Both the position numbers and the translations under genes were made by a program. DNA of 63,153 nucleotides, filler included, from Malassezia furfur (lineage: Eukaryota), in assembly GCA_052055015.1 (NCBI GenBank). It is 21 parts of 21 records of this genome, joined end to end, with 100 filler letters (N's around TTAATTAATTAA, not from the genome) between each part and the next. Parts side by side here need not be neighbours in the genome. Positions count along the whole stretch, not along the records: positions 1 to 2,983 come from JBQJIT010000822.1; positions 3,084 to 6,061 come from JBQJIT010000823.1; positions 6,162 to 9,138 come from JBQJIT010000824.1; 18 more parts are not named here. One strand, written 5' to 3'. Below the pieces are notes generated by a model, which worked only from the letters and a program-made list of their open reading frames with translations, made no database searches and had not been told where the DNA came from. This document shows positions 1 to 9,238 of the stretch, piece by piece. How positions within the stretch are numbered: the stretch's first letter is position 1; the number at the start of each line of letters is the position of its first letter.

Positions 1-2261
1 GCAGCCTCGAGGTGGGCATCGGCGTCGCGATGCTGGCGTCGACGAGCGACTGCAGTCCGCTCGTACGCAAGGAGCTCGTGGTGACGCTGTCGGCGCTTGT
101 GTCGCTGTACGAAAGCTTCTTTGTGTTGGCCGCCTACATGTACTATGCGCGCGACCACGAGCGCGCGGGCGCCGTCAACCTCGCGCCGTCGCGCCTGTCG
201 GCCGACGTCAACCTGCGCGTGGAGGAGGAGGAGCGCCTGCTCGCCTCGGTGCTGCGCAAGGTGCTCGCGCTCGGCGAGGACATCGCCCAGGAAGACATCG
301 TGAACATGCCTGCGATCCTGTCCATCTTTGTCACGCTGCTCGACCTGAGCGTCGACCCGCACCTCGAGGTCGCGTCGATGGCCGCCACGGTCGTCGACCA
401 CATCGTCGCGACCCTGTTCGAAAGCGGCGTGCTCCAGGCGCGCGACAGCGCCCTGCACCTCGCCACCCCGCACGACCTGGACACGCCCAGCACGGTGCCG
501 ACGCGGCTCGCCGACCGCCCACGGCCCGAACGCGCCGACTCGCGCGGCCCGCGCAGCAGCTTGGGCGGTACGCCGTTCGGCAGCCCCTCGACCTCCACCC
601 CGCCCACCGGCACCTCGCCGCCGGGCGCGGCCGAGGGCGGCGGCGCGGGGGGGTCGTCGGCGTTTGCGCGCACGGTCACCGCGCTCAAGGCGCTTGGCGG
701 GTACGCCTCGTCACCCGCACACTCGCCCAAGCCGTACGCGCGTGCGCACGAGCGGCAGGCCGTCACCGTCGCTGCACCCAAGATGCAAGTCGGCGACGCA
801 CGCACCACCTACGCGGCGTACGCCTCCCCATACGCCGCGCCGCACGACGCACGCCTCCCTGGCCCGCGCTTGCGCACTACGCAGCATCCGCCGAGCGTCG
901 AAGAGGTGCTGGCCGGCCTGATCGCCGCCGACCTGCACAAGCTGCGCACGCGCACCATGCCGGAGGAGCCGCACGGCGCCCAAGGCGCGCTGCGCACCAC
1001 GTTCCCGCTCAAGAGTCGCCTGTTTGCGTGGTGCAGCGAGTACTTTACCGAGCCGCAGATGAAGTCGGCCGAGTCCGACGAGCCGGGCAGCGTGCAGTAC
1101 AACCAGCAGACGTGGCGGCGGCAGTGCAGCGAGCGGCACATTGCCGACGCGATCGAGCAGAGCGAGGGTGCCGCGGATGCGCGCTGGACGCAGCTCGTGG
1201 GCCGCGTGCACCTCGGCGCGGCGCCGTCGCTGCTTGCGTTCCACGAGTATGAAAACGTGCTCGTCACCGCAAGCGACCACGACGTGGTGTCCGTGTTCGA
1301 CTGGGACGAGCACCGTCTGCTCGCCTCGTTCGTCAACGGAAACCGTGCGCAGACGGACATCACGTCGCTCGCGTTCATCAACGAAGAGGTCAATGCGCTG
1401 CTCCTCACCGGCTCCGCGGACGGCGACGTGCGCATCTTCCGCGCATACGACCATGCCGCCTCCCCCGCGCACCCCGACGGCGGGCCGCAGCTCGTGAGCG
1501 CCTTCCGCGCGCTGCCCGACCTCGTGCGCAGCAAATACCCGAGCGGCCTGCGCGTCGCGTGGCAGCAGGTGAGCGGGCGCCTGCTTGCCGCGGGCGACTC
1601 GCGCCTCGTGCGCACATGGGACGCACACCGCGAGCTGTGCATCGCCGACATCCCCACGCACGCCAGCAGCTGCATCACCTCGCTCACCAGCGACGGCGAG
1701 CTGGGGCACCTGTTCATGGCGGGCTTCGGCGACGGGTCGATTGGCGTGTACGACCAGCGCAACCCGCCGGCGTCCGCGCTCGTGCGCCTCTGGGAGGAGC
1801 ACAATGCCTGGGTGCAAAACGTGCACCTCCAGAAGCACGGCGCACGCGAGCTGCTCTCGGCGAGCGTCGACGGCGAGGTGTGTGTGTGGGATCTGCGCGG
1901 GAGCCGCTCGCTGTCGCGCACCAACCTCGCCTCCACGCTGCGCGACACGCTCTCGAGCTTTGCGGTACACGAGCGCGTGCCCGTATTTGCCGCGGCGGGC
2001 ACGCCGCACGCCTCGGGGCAGTCGTATACGCAGACCGTGCAGATGGGCGCCATCGACCAGCTCCAGCCGCTCGGCCGGCCGCTCGAGCGCGCGCTGCACA
2101 TCCCGGCGCAGCATGCCCACGCCGCACACACGCAGCGGCCCACACCGCCGTCTGCATACGCACCGAGCACCACGCTCGTCGCCTTCCACCCCCAGTACCC
2201 CCTGCTCGCGTACGGCGGCACCGACCACGTGCTCGAGCTACGCCGCTATGTAGGTGTGTAG
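1..2261 (+). CDS. KOG1: Raptor/KOG1 TORC1 subunit, C-terminal part (HEAT end plus WD40), 5'-partial
   Basis: DCSPLVRKELVV, LSVDPHLEVASMA, PLKSRLFAWCSEYFTEPQMK, and WD40 segments with FINEE..ALLLTGSADGDVRIFR and AGFGDGSIGVYDQR typical of Raptor. Confidence 0.93.
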   Translation, partial: SLEVGIGVAMLASTSDCSPLVRKELVVTLSALVSLYESFFVLAAYMYYARDHERAGAVNLAPSRLSADVNLRVEEEERLLASVLRKVLALGEDIAQEDIVNMPAILSIFVTLLDLSVDPHLEVASMAATVVDHIVATLFESGVLQARDSALHLATPHDLDTPSTVPTRLADRPRPERADSRGPRSSLGGTPFGSPSTSTPPTGTSPPGAAEGGGAGGSSAFARTVTALKALGGYASSPAHSPKPYARAHERQAVTVAAPKMQVGDARTTYAAYASPYAAPHDARLPGPRLRTTQHPPSVEEVLAGLIAADLHKLRTRTMPEEPHGAQGALRTTFPLKSRLFAWCSEYFTEPQMKSAESDEPGSVQYNQQTWRRQCSERHIADAIEQSEGAADARWTQLVGRVHLGAAPSLLAFHEYENVLVTASDHDVVSVFDWDEHRLLASFVNGNRAQTDITSLAFINEEVNALLLTGSADGDVRIFRAYDHAASPAHPDGGPQLVSAFRALPDLVRSKYPSGLRVAWQQVSGRLLAAGDSRLVRTWDAHRELCIADIPTHASSCITSLTSDGELGHLFMAGFGDGSIGVYDQRNPPASALVRLWEEHNAWVQNVHLQKHGARELLSASVDGEVCVWDLRGSRSLSRTNLASTLRDTLSSFAVHERVPVFAAAGTPHASGQSYTQTVQMGAIDQLQPLGRPLERALHIPAQHAHAAHTQRPTPPSAYAPSTTLVAFHPQYPLLAYGGTDHVLELRRYVGV

Positions 2262-2983
2262 TTCTGTGCTGCTTGCCAGGCCGTGCGCTGCTCCGGCGTG
2301 AGACGCTCCGCAACGTCGGCGGGCGTGTGCCGCAGCGCCTCGGCGAGCGTCGCGACGCGGTCCAACGACGCGATCGGCGCAAAGCCAGGCAGCGCCACGA
2401 TCGGCGCCATGTACGGCGGATCCTCCTCGCCGTCATCTTCCATGTCCATGCCGAGCGCCCCGAGGTCGTCCAGGAACGCGAGGCGCCGTGCGTCGCGCTC
2501 GGCATCCGCGGCGTTCGCCTCCTCGTCGTCCTCCCAGCCCTCGCCGTCCTCGGCGGCAGCGCCGAGGTCCACGGCGGCGGCCAGGTCCGCGGCGTGCGAC
2601 CGTTCGTCGGCCTGCGCCTGGAAGTCGTGTACGAGCAGCTGCGCAACCTTGACACGCGCAGGGATCGTGTCGTAGAGCTCCGCAGAGCGCGCCTTGGAAC
2701 GCGTCACAATCACTGCGTCAGTATGCCCCCACGTACCGTCGGCCGGCACCGCACGCACGTCACCCTTGACCGTGAGCGTGTCGAGCGAAGCGGGCCACTG
2801 GGTATAGAGACGCGCGAGCGCCAGCAGGTGCAGGTTGGTGACCGCGTGCCCGATCGTCAGCTCAGCGTGCTCGAGCCACTTGGCCACAACCGCACGCAGC
2901 GCGTCGCCCTCGCCGACGGTCGTCGCCAAGAGCAGGCGCACCACCTCGTCGGTGTGCTGCGCAAAGAGGAACTGCAGCGGGAA
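2246..2983 (-). CDS. KAP114: Importin-9/Kap114-like karyopherin, C-terminus, 5'-partial
   Basis: VKGD...IVTRSKAR...IPARVKVAQLLVHD followed by an acidic GWEDDEE tract, characteristic of the importin-9 C-terminus. Confidence 0.8.
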   Translation of the reverse strand, partial: FPLQFLFAQHTDEVVRLLLATTVGEGDALRAVVAKWLEHAELTIGHAVTNLHLLALARLYTQWPASLDTLTVKGDVRAVPADGTWGHTDAVIVTRSKARSAELYDTIPARVKVAQLLVHDFQAQADERSHAADLAAAVDLGAAAEDGEGWEDDEEANAADAERDARRLAFLDDLGALGMDMEDDGEEDPPYMAPIVALPGFAPIASLDRVATLAEALRHTPADVAERLTPEQRTAWQAAQNYTPT

Positions 2984-3083
2984 NNNNNNNNNNNNNNNNN
3001 NNNNNNNNNNNNNNNNNNNNNNNNNNNTTAATTAATTAANNNNNNNNNNNNNNNNNNNNNNNNNNNNNNNNNNNNNNNNNNNN
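2984..3083. other. Artificial contig linker N44-TTAATTAATTAA-N44 (first of 20 identical linkers)
   Basis: The identical 100-nt spacer recurs at 6062, 9139, 12209, 15267, 18324, 21376, 24427, 27471, 30496, 33509, 36516, 39516, 42500, 45476, 48449, 51413, 54370, 57320 and 60240. The flanking contigs decrease monotonically in length. Confidence 0.99.
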
Positions 3084-3340
3084 CGGCCCCGGGCGCACCG
3101 GCCCCGGCGCCGCCGCCGCTCAGTGCGCTCCCACCGCACCTCCAGGCCCAAGAGCCACTCGCGGGCCTTGCGCCGGAGCAGCACACCCTCGCGCTCCAGC
3201 TCGCGGCACAGACGCGGCTCGCATACCCGTACGCCGTGCAGTGCCTCGTGGAAAACGCGTGGGACTATGCACAGGCGCTCGCGGCCTTTGCCGCGCTGCA
3301 GGCGTCGCAGGCGATTCCCGCCGAGGCCTTTGTTTCATAG
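3084..3340 (+). CDS. MEX67: mRNA export factor Mex67, TAP-C (UBA-like) C-terminus, 5'-partial; absent from the ORF track
   Basis: Manual translation gives ...LQLAAQTRLAYPYAVQCLVENAWDYAQALAAFAALQASQAIPAEAFVS*, matching the TAP-C pattern CLxxNxWDY...IPxEAF. Confidence 0.88.
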
Positions 3341-3381
3341 TGCGCTTGTTCGTGTAGCCTACCTGCCCATTTCGGCGCTAC

Positions 3382-4319
3382 CTATGTCTGCGCCTTGGTC
3401 TTGCGCCGCGCACGGCGGTTCGGCGCCACGCCCGACGCACGCGCGACGGTTGCGCCGCGCGCACCGGGCTCCTGGTCCGCGGGCACCGTGGACAGCGCCG
3501 CCGCCAGCGCACGCACCACGACAATCACCAGCGCAAGCACGTTGCCGACGACCAGGCCGCCCACGGCGCCGTACACGCACGGCAGGGGCCACGTCTGCCA
3601 CACGCGCCCCCAGTCGAGCGCGACACCCGCGGCGCCAGCGAGCGTGCCGAGCGCAGCACACACGGCGGGCACGAGCACGAGCACCTCGCGTGGCGTCGCG
3701 AGGCTCGGTGCCGCAAGCACGCGTGTCCACATGGGCGACGGCGGCGCGCCCAGGATGTGCACCACGGGGAACAGCACGATCAGCGCGACATAGGCGGCCA
3801 GCACCGCCGTGCCCATGTACGAGCCGTTCACCGGCGCGCCCAGCAGCACCAGCACCGCAAGGGCCGCGGCCCAAAGCAGCGGGAACGCAAACGTAGACAT
3901 CACGAGGCGCTGTGTGAGTCGTCCGCCATAGCCCCACCCACCTCGAGTTGCTGGCCCACCGAGTGGGCCTGTTTTTGGGCCTCCTTGCGGTTCGCGCCGC
4001 TTTCGTATGCCTCGGACACGCTGTGCCAGCTCGCCATGCGAGCACAGAACCACGCCTGCGTGATGTACATGCCCTGCAGCGAGAGCGCCGCCTCGCGCAG
4101 GAGCGCCGCGCCCGTCGCGGGCGCGTCGCGTCCGACGCCCGGGCGCAGGATGCGCGAGACGTGCGCGAACGCGCGCATGAGGAGCGAGTCGGCCGCATCT
4201 GGCCACGCGCGTGCAAAGTCGACCAGTGTCAGAAGAAGAAGGAGCGGCTGAAGCACGAGCATCACAAACGCGAGCTGCACATCGTGCCGCACCGGCCACG
4301 CCGCCGCGCCCTGCGCCAT
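3382..4319 (-). CDS. GPI11: GPI biosynthesis protein PIG-F/Gpi11; intron 3910-3941 (32 nt)
   Basis: ALDWGRVWQTWPLPC matches the PIG-F LDWxRxWQxWP motif, with hydrophobic helices. A GT..CTCAC..AG intron joins the two ORFs in frame. Confidence 0.82.
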
Positions 4320-4432
4320 GCTGGAAGAATTGGGCAAATTTGGGCAGCGCCTCCGCGCCCGCCGCGCCTGCCTCCTCCACTTGTCCCCGCCGTCGGCGCA
4401 TCGAACCGGTGTACGCTTCGGGGTGTGCGACG

Positions 4433-6061
4433 ATGGAGTCGCCGGACCAGTCGGACTCGTTCGACCGGGGGCTCGCTGCGTACGCAGAGACTCCAGACCT
4501 CAATGTCCCGTACATTACGTCGCTAGCGCGCGCCGAGCAGCCCACACAGCGCCCGCGTCTGAGCTCGCCGATCCCCTCGGCGGACGCGCAGGCCGTTCAC
4601 GACGCGCTTGCGCATGACTCGCCTGTGTCGGCAGACACAAGTGCCCAGAGTGATGCGTCGCGCCGTGGCGCGCTGCAGCGAAACCGCGCCATCTACCGGA
4701 GCCGTGCATCGCCCGTGCACTCCGATTCTTCCAGCACGGCACGCAGCGTACGGCTGCAGCGTGCCAGCTCGAAAAGCCTCACGGCGTCGCCCACCACCTC
4801 GGCATCGCTACACTCCGAGCGCCAGTCGCCTGACATCACGGCCCACACGGCGTACTCGACGCTCTCGCCGTCCGCGAGCCGGCCGTTGCTCGGCAGCCCA
4901 TCGGTGTCGCGCCAGAGCAGCACCTCGGCGCGGCCCGCGGGGCTCGGCATCGAGGGACTCGAATGGGCGACGCGCACGCAGTCTGCCAGCACCACACCGG
5001 TGGTGCCGCCACCCGCTTCGTTGCGCGCACCCTGGGCCGCGACCGGTGCCGCGCATACGTCCTCGCCGCTGCCGACGGCGCCCGTGTCGGCGCCGCTGCC
5101 CCAGACGCCACAAAAGAAAGGGAACGGGGCCGCAAAGACTCCGCCACATACGGAGCCCATCTCGCCCGCGTCGTCGTATAGCGGCGACGCGTCGCCCCCG
5201 CCGGAGTCCCATGAGCCGACGCAGCCCGCGCAGCACTTGCATGAGCGCTTTGGGACAGCGCCCGCGCCGCTGTCCGATGGGACTGTAGGCCCAAGTGCAT
5301 CGCCCGCGTCGGTACAGCGCACGCTCAGCGAGGTACATCCCCTGCCGCCCCCTGGCTCTACCGAGGCAGCGGCACCGGTGCCGCCATCGCCGTCGGCCGT
5401 CCATGCGAACGACGCGAGTGGCCCCGCACTGCCCACGATTCAGCCGCTGCGCGTTGCGGGCCAGGGGTCCAGTTTGCCGTATTCGCCGCACGTGTCGGGC
5501 GCCCGCGAGCGTGCATCGCCGGCTGACACCCCGTCGCGTGCGCGCGTCGCCGAAATACCGTCCAGCCCGCTGGCGCCGGCGACGGCGCCGCGTGCGCCGC
5601 ACCCGCTCATGTCGACGCCAGGCCGGGCCGCCGAGTCGAAGCCCGCGGCGTCTGTAGCGGACGCAGCACCTGCCTCGGCGGCGCCGTCGACCACCGCTCC
5701 GGTCGCGCCGCAGTTGCCGCCGCGAGCGTCGACGCCGCGGACCGGCACTGACACGCCGGGTCGTGCGACACCCATACTGCGCGGCACGGCGGTCGAGGCG
5801 GCTTCGCCCCGCGCTGCGGCGCGCGAGTCGGCGCCGGCGCCCGAGCCGGTTTCGGGGCGAGGAATGACCGAGCCGGCGGCGCCTGCGTCTGCCGACACAG
5901 CGCGCCCTGTACCGCCGCTGCCGGTACCCACTTCACGGCCGGTGCCAACGCCACCCACGTCCGCGTCGGCGCGCCCGGTGCCTGCGCCGCCCGTGGCCGA
6001 ACCGGTGTCGCGTGCAGCGCCTGCGCCCCCGTCGCCGCGTCTCCCACCGCGCCCGCTGCCG
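4433..6061 (+). CDS. Ser/Pro/Ala-rich low-complexity protein, N-terminal part, 3'-partial
   Basis: Long open frame starting MESPDQSDSFDRG, divergent from GPI11, with PxxP-rich repeats. No recognisable domain. Confidence 0.6.
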
Positions 6062-6381
6062 NNNNNNNNNNNNNNNNNNNNNNNNNNNNNNNNNNNNNNN
6101 NNNNNTTAATTAATTAANNNNNNNNNNNNNNNNNNNNNNNNNNNNNNNNNNNNNNNNNNNNGTATGCGGGGCAGGTGGGTGGGACATGATGCGAGCATCC
6201 ACCCCACACTAGTGCATGGCCGGGCAGGACAAGCGCCGGGCGCACTACACAATGTGGAGGCGCCGCCACCGCCGACTACGTGGAGGCGCGTCCAGGCGCG
6301 CGCGCCGCCGCCTGTGCGGCACGCGCAGCACGGCTTGTGCGTCGTATCCGATACGGGCTATGGTACAATGGCGAGGCGCCG

Positions 6382-6781
6382 CTAGTTTTCGCGCCACTGG
6401 AATCCGCACTCTTGCTTGGTGCATTTGTAAAACGTCGTCACTGCTTGTTAGAACTGCGCCAACATACTTGGCTCGTCCGCCGACCGGATCTGTAGCTGCA
6501 TAAAGTAGGCACGCCCATGGTCGCACTTGGGGCACGTTGCTGCACGGTAAGCTATGCCGCGCACGCGCAGCACACGTACCGTCCGTCGAGTCCACATTCT
6601 TCCAGCTGTCCTCGCCGCCCATCACGTCATCGACCTGCTTGCGCTCCAGGCGGATGCGCGACGTCACCTGCCGGTCCATGGGGAACTCAAATGGGCATGT
6701 CGGGCACGTCCATTTGTTCTCTCCCGTACTTGACGATGGCAGGACGGTCACCACATTCGCGCAGTTCGGGCAGAAGAGCAT
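6382..6781 (-). CDS. RPC11: RNA polymerase III subunit C11; introns 6540-6579 (40 nt) and 6441-6467 (27 nt)
   Basis: Spliced product MLFCPNC...CPTCPF...VDDVMGGEDSWKNVDSTDATCPKCDHGRAYFMQLQIRSADEPMTTFYKC...WREN*: two zinc ribbons and the TFIIS-like RSADEP motif. Confidence 0.95.
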
Positions 6782-6887
6782 TACGGGGTGCGTCGCCAAA
6801 AAAAATTCGCACGCGCCGCACAGTACGAGCTCGGTGCGCTGGTGGCCCGTTATGTACGCACGCGACGAACTCTTCCGCACAAGCTAC

Positions 6888-6993
6888 GCTCCTATAGCTC
6901 AGCTGGCAGAGCGCAAGACTGAAGGAAAAATTCGCCTTCGCAAGGATTCAACAGTCCTTCTTGAGGTCACCTGTTCGAACCAGGTTGGGAGCA
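6888..6993 (+). tRNA. tRNA-Phe(GAA) with 33-nt intron (6925-6957)
   Basis: Acceptor GCTCCTA/TGGGAGC-A, D arm GCTC..GAGC, anticodon stem CAAGA/TCTTG with CT-GAA-G, T loop GTTCGAA, and a downstream T-rich terminator. Confidence 0.92.
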
Positions 6994-7077
6994 TTTCTTT
7001 TGCCGCGCGTCTAAATGTTTCCACGTGACTGTTCGAGGGCATGTATAAGCCCCAGATTCGCCCAATGGTAATATCGC

Positions 7078-7161
7078 GCTCCTATAGCTCAGCTGGCAGA
7101 GCGCAAGACTGAAGCGACGCAGTCGTTCTTGAGGTCACCTGTTCGAACCAGGTTGGGAGCA
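7078..7161 (+). tRNA. tRNA-Phe(GAA) with 11-nt intron (7115-7125)
   Basis: Exons are identical to the upstream copy. Followed by a long oligo-T Pol III terminator. Confidence 0.92.
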
Positions 7162-7162
7162 C

Positions 7163-7173
7163 TTTTTTTTTTT
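7163..7173 (+). terminator. Pol III oligo(dT) terminator
   Basis: Run of T immediately 3' of the second tRNA-Phe. Confidence 0.8.
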
Positions 7174-7226
7174 CTTCTCCGCGTGCACCGTGCGCCGAAG
7201 ACGGTTGGGACGTACGAGAGGGTACG

Positions 7227-8202
7227 ATGTGTATTTTGCTGTGGACGACGCAGCATCCCGACTACCGTCTGTAGGTCGCTGCACTCTGATGCCAGTATTT
7301 TGATTGACAACCGGGACGAGTTCCTTGCGCGGCCAGCGACGCCAGCACAATGGCACAATCTTGGGAACGAGGCCGTGGGCGACGCGATTCTGTGTGGGTG
7401 CGATACGCTCGCGGGCGGGACGTGGTTCGGTGTGACGCGCGCCGGGTCGTTTGCAGCACTGACCAACTTTACGGAGCCGGCGTCCGTACGAGCGGCGACG
7501 AACTCGACGCGCTCGCGTGGCGAACTCGTGTCACGCTTCCTGCACACGTATGCGACGCGTGCCCCGACCGAGGCCGACCTCGCGAGGTTTTTGGACGAGG
7601 CCGGCGATGAAAAGAGCGCCTTCAATGGCTTTAACCTAGTCATCGGCACGGCCGCGCGCGATGTGGCGCTACTGGGCTACCTGACGAACCGCGGCGAGGA
7701 TCCATACAGCGGGACGGTGCTGGCGTCGGATACGCGTGCGGTGGTGCATGGCCTGAGCAACAGCACGCTCGCGACGCCGTGGCCCAAAATTGGCGATGCA
7801 CAGGCGCTTGTGCGCGACGTGCTGCAGCGCGACACGTCGGTCGACGCGCTGGTCGACGGCCTGTTTGGCGTGCTCGACACGTCGCGTGGCCCCATTGGCG
7901 AGCCGGACGAGATGCGGTGCACGATCCGTGTCGAGCCCGTGCGCTTGCCGAGCAATGCCGACGGTACGCAGCTCGCGGCCCCGGGCAGCGCGGGTGCGAT
8001 GCACCGCGGCTGGTACGGCACACGCACGGCGACCGTGCTGTTGGTCCCCCGCAGCACGGCGCACCCGGCGGTGCTGGTCGAGCGCGACGTGTATGCGCTG
8101 GACGGAGGGAGCGGCACGAGCGACACGCCGCCGACGCACCTCGACTTTAGCGACGCGCGTGTGCGTGCGGCACACGAGCGGCGATATACATGGACGTTGT
8201 AG
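7227..8202 (+). CDS. TANGO2/NRDE-family protein; intron 7271-7295 (25 nt)
   Basis: Spliced N-terminus MCILLW...YRLILIDNRDEFLARP, then GGTWFG..ALTN, SRGELV, FNGFNL, HGLSNS..PWPK and YGTRTATVLLV. Confidence 0.92.
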
Positions 8203-8203
8203 A

Positions 8204-9090
8204 CTACATACGATGGACGGTGAGGACGGCGACGCGGCCGTCGATGGTGATGTTGTGGTTGATGCCTAGGTGAGTGTGCGCTCGACGTACTTTGCCGTCC
8301 GCTCGGAAGGAGGTCGTGCCACTCGACTGAAGCGCGCCACGTCGTGCCGTGGAACGAGCTGCCGCGCAGCGCAGTCTCGACGAGCGCGTCGCGGCCGAGG
8401 TCGTAGCCGTTGGGCACGATGGTGTGGTGCTCGGCGACGGACTGTGTGAGCGGTTGCACGTACCTCTTCCTTGGACACGGCGAGGAACCACGCACCGGTG
8501 TCGGCCTCGGTGCCGTTCTGTTTCCACACACGGAAGTGGTTGCCGCCCGCGAGGCTTTCCCAGCACGAGCCGAGCCAGACGCCCGGCGAGCCGGGGTAGA
8601 TCAGGCTGCGGTACTCGAACAGTTGCGGCTGCCACCCGTTGCCGTCGCCGAGGTTCGCGTATTGCAGACCGCCGAGGTGGATGTGCAGGCATTCGAACGA
8701 GAAGCCGATCGAGCGCACATAGTCCAGCAAGCCCTGCTCGCACAGCACGCGGGGGTCCGATTTGCCCGAGATGATGACGTTGATCGGCTCGCGGAACCCG
8801 TTGCCGACGACATCGAGCATGCTGCCCCCGCCATGCGCGGGCAATACCCATCCCTCGGCGTGTGCGGCACCGGTGCGTGTCGTGTTATCGAGCGAGATCG
8901 CGTCGTACACTGCGTCCGGGTCGTAGTGCGAAATCCGCGACGGGTTGTGCTGGGCGATGTGCTGAGCGGCGCCCGCCGGGACCTGCGGCACGGCGCCGTG
9001 CACGGCGCCCAAGCACGCTGCCCACATACATGCCAGCACGGCGAGCAGCGCAGCACGCACGCACACGGCCGTCGAGCCGCGTGCTCGCAT
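8204..9090 (-). CDS. Secreted conserved basidiomycete protein of unknown function; introns 8442-8463 (22 nt) and 8266-8290 (25 nt)
   Basis: Signal-peptide-like N-terminus and motifs GGGSMLD, EPINVIIS, ANLGDGNG, CWESLAGGNHFRVWKQNG, HTIVPNGYDLGRD, INHNITIDGRVAVLTV. Two GTACGT..CTCAC..AG introns join three frames. Confidence 0.8.
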
Positions 9091-9238
9091 CGTCGTGGTC
9101 CACAGATCACGTGTCGATTAGGGGGGGGGGGGACTACGNNNNNNNNNNNNNNNNNNNNNNNNNNNNNNNNNNNNNNNNNNNNTTAATTAATTAANNNNNN
9201 NNNNNNNNNNNNNNNNNNNNNNNNNNNNNNNNNNNNNN

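Noticed and set aside
3028..3039. TTAATTAATTAA repeated at about 3-kb intervals, superficially like an array or regularly spaced site
   Set aside because: Always embedded in N44 on both sides. It is a synthetic linker, not a CRISPR repeat or biological element.
6162..6385. Possible plus-strand C-terminal fragment ending at TAG 6385, overlapping the RPC11 stop
   Set aside because: Short, no recognisable motif, and the frame cannot be established.
9121..9133. Poly-G run near a contig end (another at about 56116-56126)
   Set aside because: Simple homopolymers, possibly sequencing-related. No four-tract G-quadruplex pattern.
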